From a virus, in the UHGV virus genome UHGV-0129999: 10,288 nucleotides of DNA; one strand, 5' to 3'. This document shows positions 9,363 through 10,288 of the stretch, one piece after another (within the stretch, counting starts at the first letter, position 1; each line of letters opens with the position of its first letter). Both the position numbers and the translations under genes were made by a program. The notes under the pieces were generated by a model. The model saw only the letters and a program-made list of their open reading frames with translations, was not told the DNA's origin and did no database searches.

Positions 9363-9583
9363 TGTACTCATGTTCTTACCGAAGAGGATTTTTTCAGCAC
9401 TGAAGAACGAGAAGGAGTTGATCGCTGCATTGGTGTGATTTGCTCTTCAGTGAGTTATGAGTTATTCCCTAATGTCCATGAAGATGGTGGTGTTGGATAC
9501 CAATTCCTGTATGAAGGCGATGAGCTTAAATGTTATGAACATGGTCTTCTTATCGAAAGCGTAGAATAATATGACTTCCTTCC

Positions 9584-9608
9584 AACCGGCTTTGTTGGCC
9601 GGTTTATT
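9584..9608 (+). terminator. Rho-independent terminator closing the + strand gene set upstream of the origin
   Basis: 7-bp stem AACCGGC (9584-9590) / GCCGGTT (9598-9604), 7-nt loop, then TTTATT. Confidence 0.5.
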
Positions 9609-9612
9609 CAAC

Positions 9613-9621
9613 TTATCCACA
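9613..9621 (+). promoter_or_regulatory. Consensus DnaA box (TTATCCACA) at the edge of the plasmid origin
   Basis: Exact 9/9 match to the DnaA box consensus, adjacent to the GATC cluster and iterons. Confidence 0.5.
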
Positions 9622-9626
9622 GCATA

Positions 9627-9720
9627 GATCCAATAAACAGATCCTAAAGAGAACCTAGGAAGATCCAAAGAAGATCCCGGATCGCTGTAAGCCGCGTCAT
9701 TACTGGCCTGAAATGGGATC
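9627..9720. promoter_or_regulatory. GATC-rich (Dam methylation/SeqA-type) origin region with AGATCC repeats
   Basis: Six GATC sites in 94 bp (9627, 9640, 9662, 9673, 9680, 9717) against about 0.4 expected by chance; four occur as AGATCC. Confidence 0.55.
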
Positions 9721-9724
9721 AACA

Positions 9725-9831
9725 TTGACTATACGCGATTTTATGTTGACTGTGCACGATTTATTGTTGACTGCACGCGATTTATTGTTGACTATACGCG
9801 ACAGAAACATTGACTGTAAGCGATTTTAGAG
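9725..9831 (+). repeat. Five tandem 21-22 bp direct repeats (iterons; putative RepA binding sites) upstream of the rep gene
   Basis: TTGACTATACGCGATTTTATG / TTGACTGTGCACGATTTATTG / TTGACTGCACGCGATTTATTG / TTGACTATACGCGACAGAAACA / TTGACTGTAAGCGATTTTAGAG, head-to-tail with no spacers, each starting with TTGACT; they end about 70 bp before the rep start codon. Confidence 0.7.
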
Positions 9832-9904
9832 TCTGAATATTCACAGCTGTTGATAACAGCCATCCAAATTGACGTCAGGCCGCGCCACACATGGAGAAAC
9901 CGTG

Positions 9905-10288
9905 ATGCCGGAAGAAAGTAAAGGCTTCCTTAGCGTTGAAGAAGTTGCAGGAAATACAGGAGAAATCCACAGCCTGAAGCCCAATAACAACAGCACTATA
10001 CAACCCATCGCTTTGTTGCGCTTAGGTGTGTTTGTGCCAACCTTAAAATCTACCAATGTGGCGCTACGTCGCGGATCGTCAGTTACAACAAACACAACGA
10101 ACGCAACTGAAGAACTATCAAGCCTCAAAATTGTTGAGCAGGAAGGCTATGAGGGAATTGAAATTCATGGTCCACGCCTGGATATGGATACTGATTTTAA
10201 GGTGTGGGTGGGCATAACCTCCGCGTTGTTTGACTACGCACCTGATGATGACGGCATAATCACCCTGCCATTCTCCGCGTAGATCGGA
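9905..10288 (+). CDS. repA: Plasmid replication initiator, RepA family (P1 RepA-like), 5' partial, continues beyond the window
   Basis: GGAGAA Shine-Dalgarno 8 nt before ATG 9905 (the ORF track starts at an upstream TTG). Segments NSTIQPIALLRLGVFVPT and [25 protein letters not shown] closely resemble the P1 RepA N-terminus as recalled from memory ([40 protein letters not shown]). Preceded by iterons, GATC cluster and DnaA box. Confidence 0.8.

Noticed and set aside
9462-9725. 87-aa - strand ORF
   Set aside because: Overlaps the terminator, DnaA box and GATC-rich origin region on the opposite strand and has no ribosome-binding site; most likely non-coding origin sequence.
9725-9831. Tandem 21-22 bp repeats considered as a possible CRISPR array
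   Set aside because: Repeats are contiguous with no intervening spacers, are imperfect in their middle, and sit immediately upstream of a rep gene next to a DnaA box and GATC cluster; this is iteron architecture, not CRISPR.

Overview
This window reads as a segment of a P1-like temperate phage-plasmid from an enterobacterial host; all assignments are by eye from motifs, with no database search. Left to right: (1) a three-gene, translationally coupled + strand operon (131..3042) ending in a baseplate spike-like protein, closed by a bidirectional terminator; (2) a convergent - strand replication/accessory operon with a Ban-like DnaB-family helicase (about 80 percent identical to E. coli DnaB by recall) coupled to a putative GT-B glycosyltransferase, preceded by a tRNA-Ile(CAU)-like gene, an SPFH-domain lipoprotein and a small membrane protein; (3) a 650-bp region with no convincing ORF but with repeated motifs and stem-loops; (4) a tight - strand cluster of tRNA-Asn(GUU), tRNA-Thr(UGU) and a third non-canonical tRNA-like element; (5) + strand genes including an embedded Rz/Rz1-like (i-spanin/o-spanin-like) overlapping pair; (6) a P1-type plasmid origin (DnaA box, six clustered GATC sites, five 21-22 bp iterons) followed by the 5' part of a RepA-like initiator running off the window. 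No CRISPR array, transposase or integrase is visible. The most unusual features are the tRNA-like element, the motif-rich non-coding spacer, the helicase-coupled glycosyltransferase and the spanin-like pair sitting beside the replication origin.
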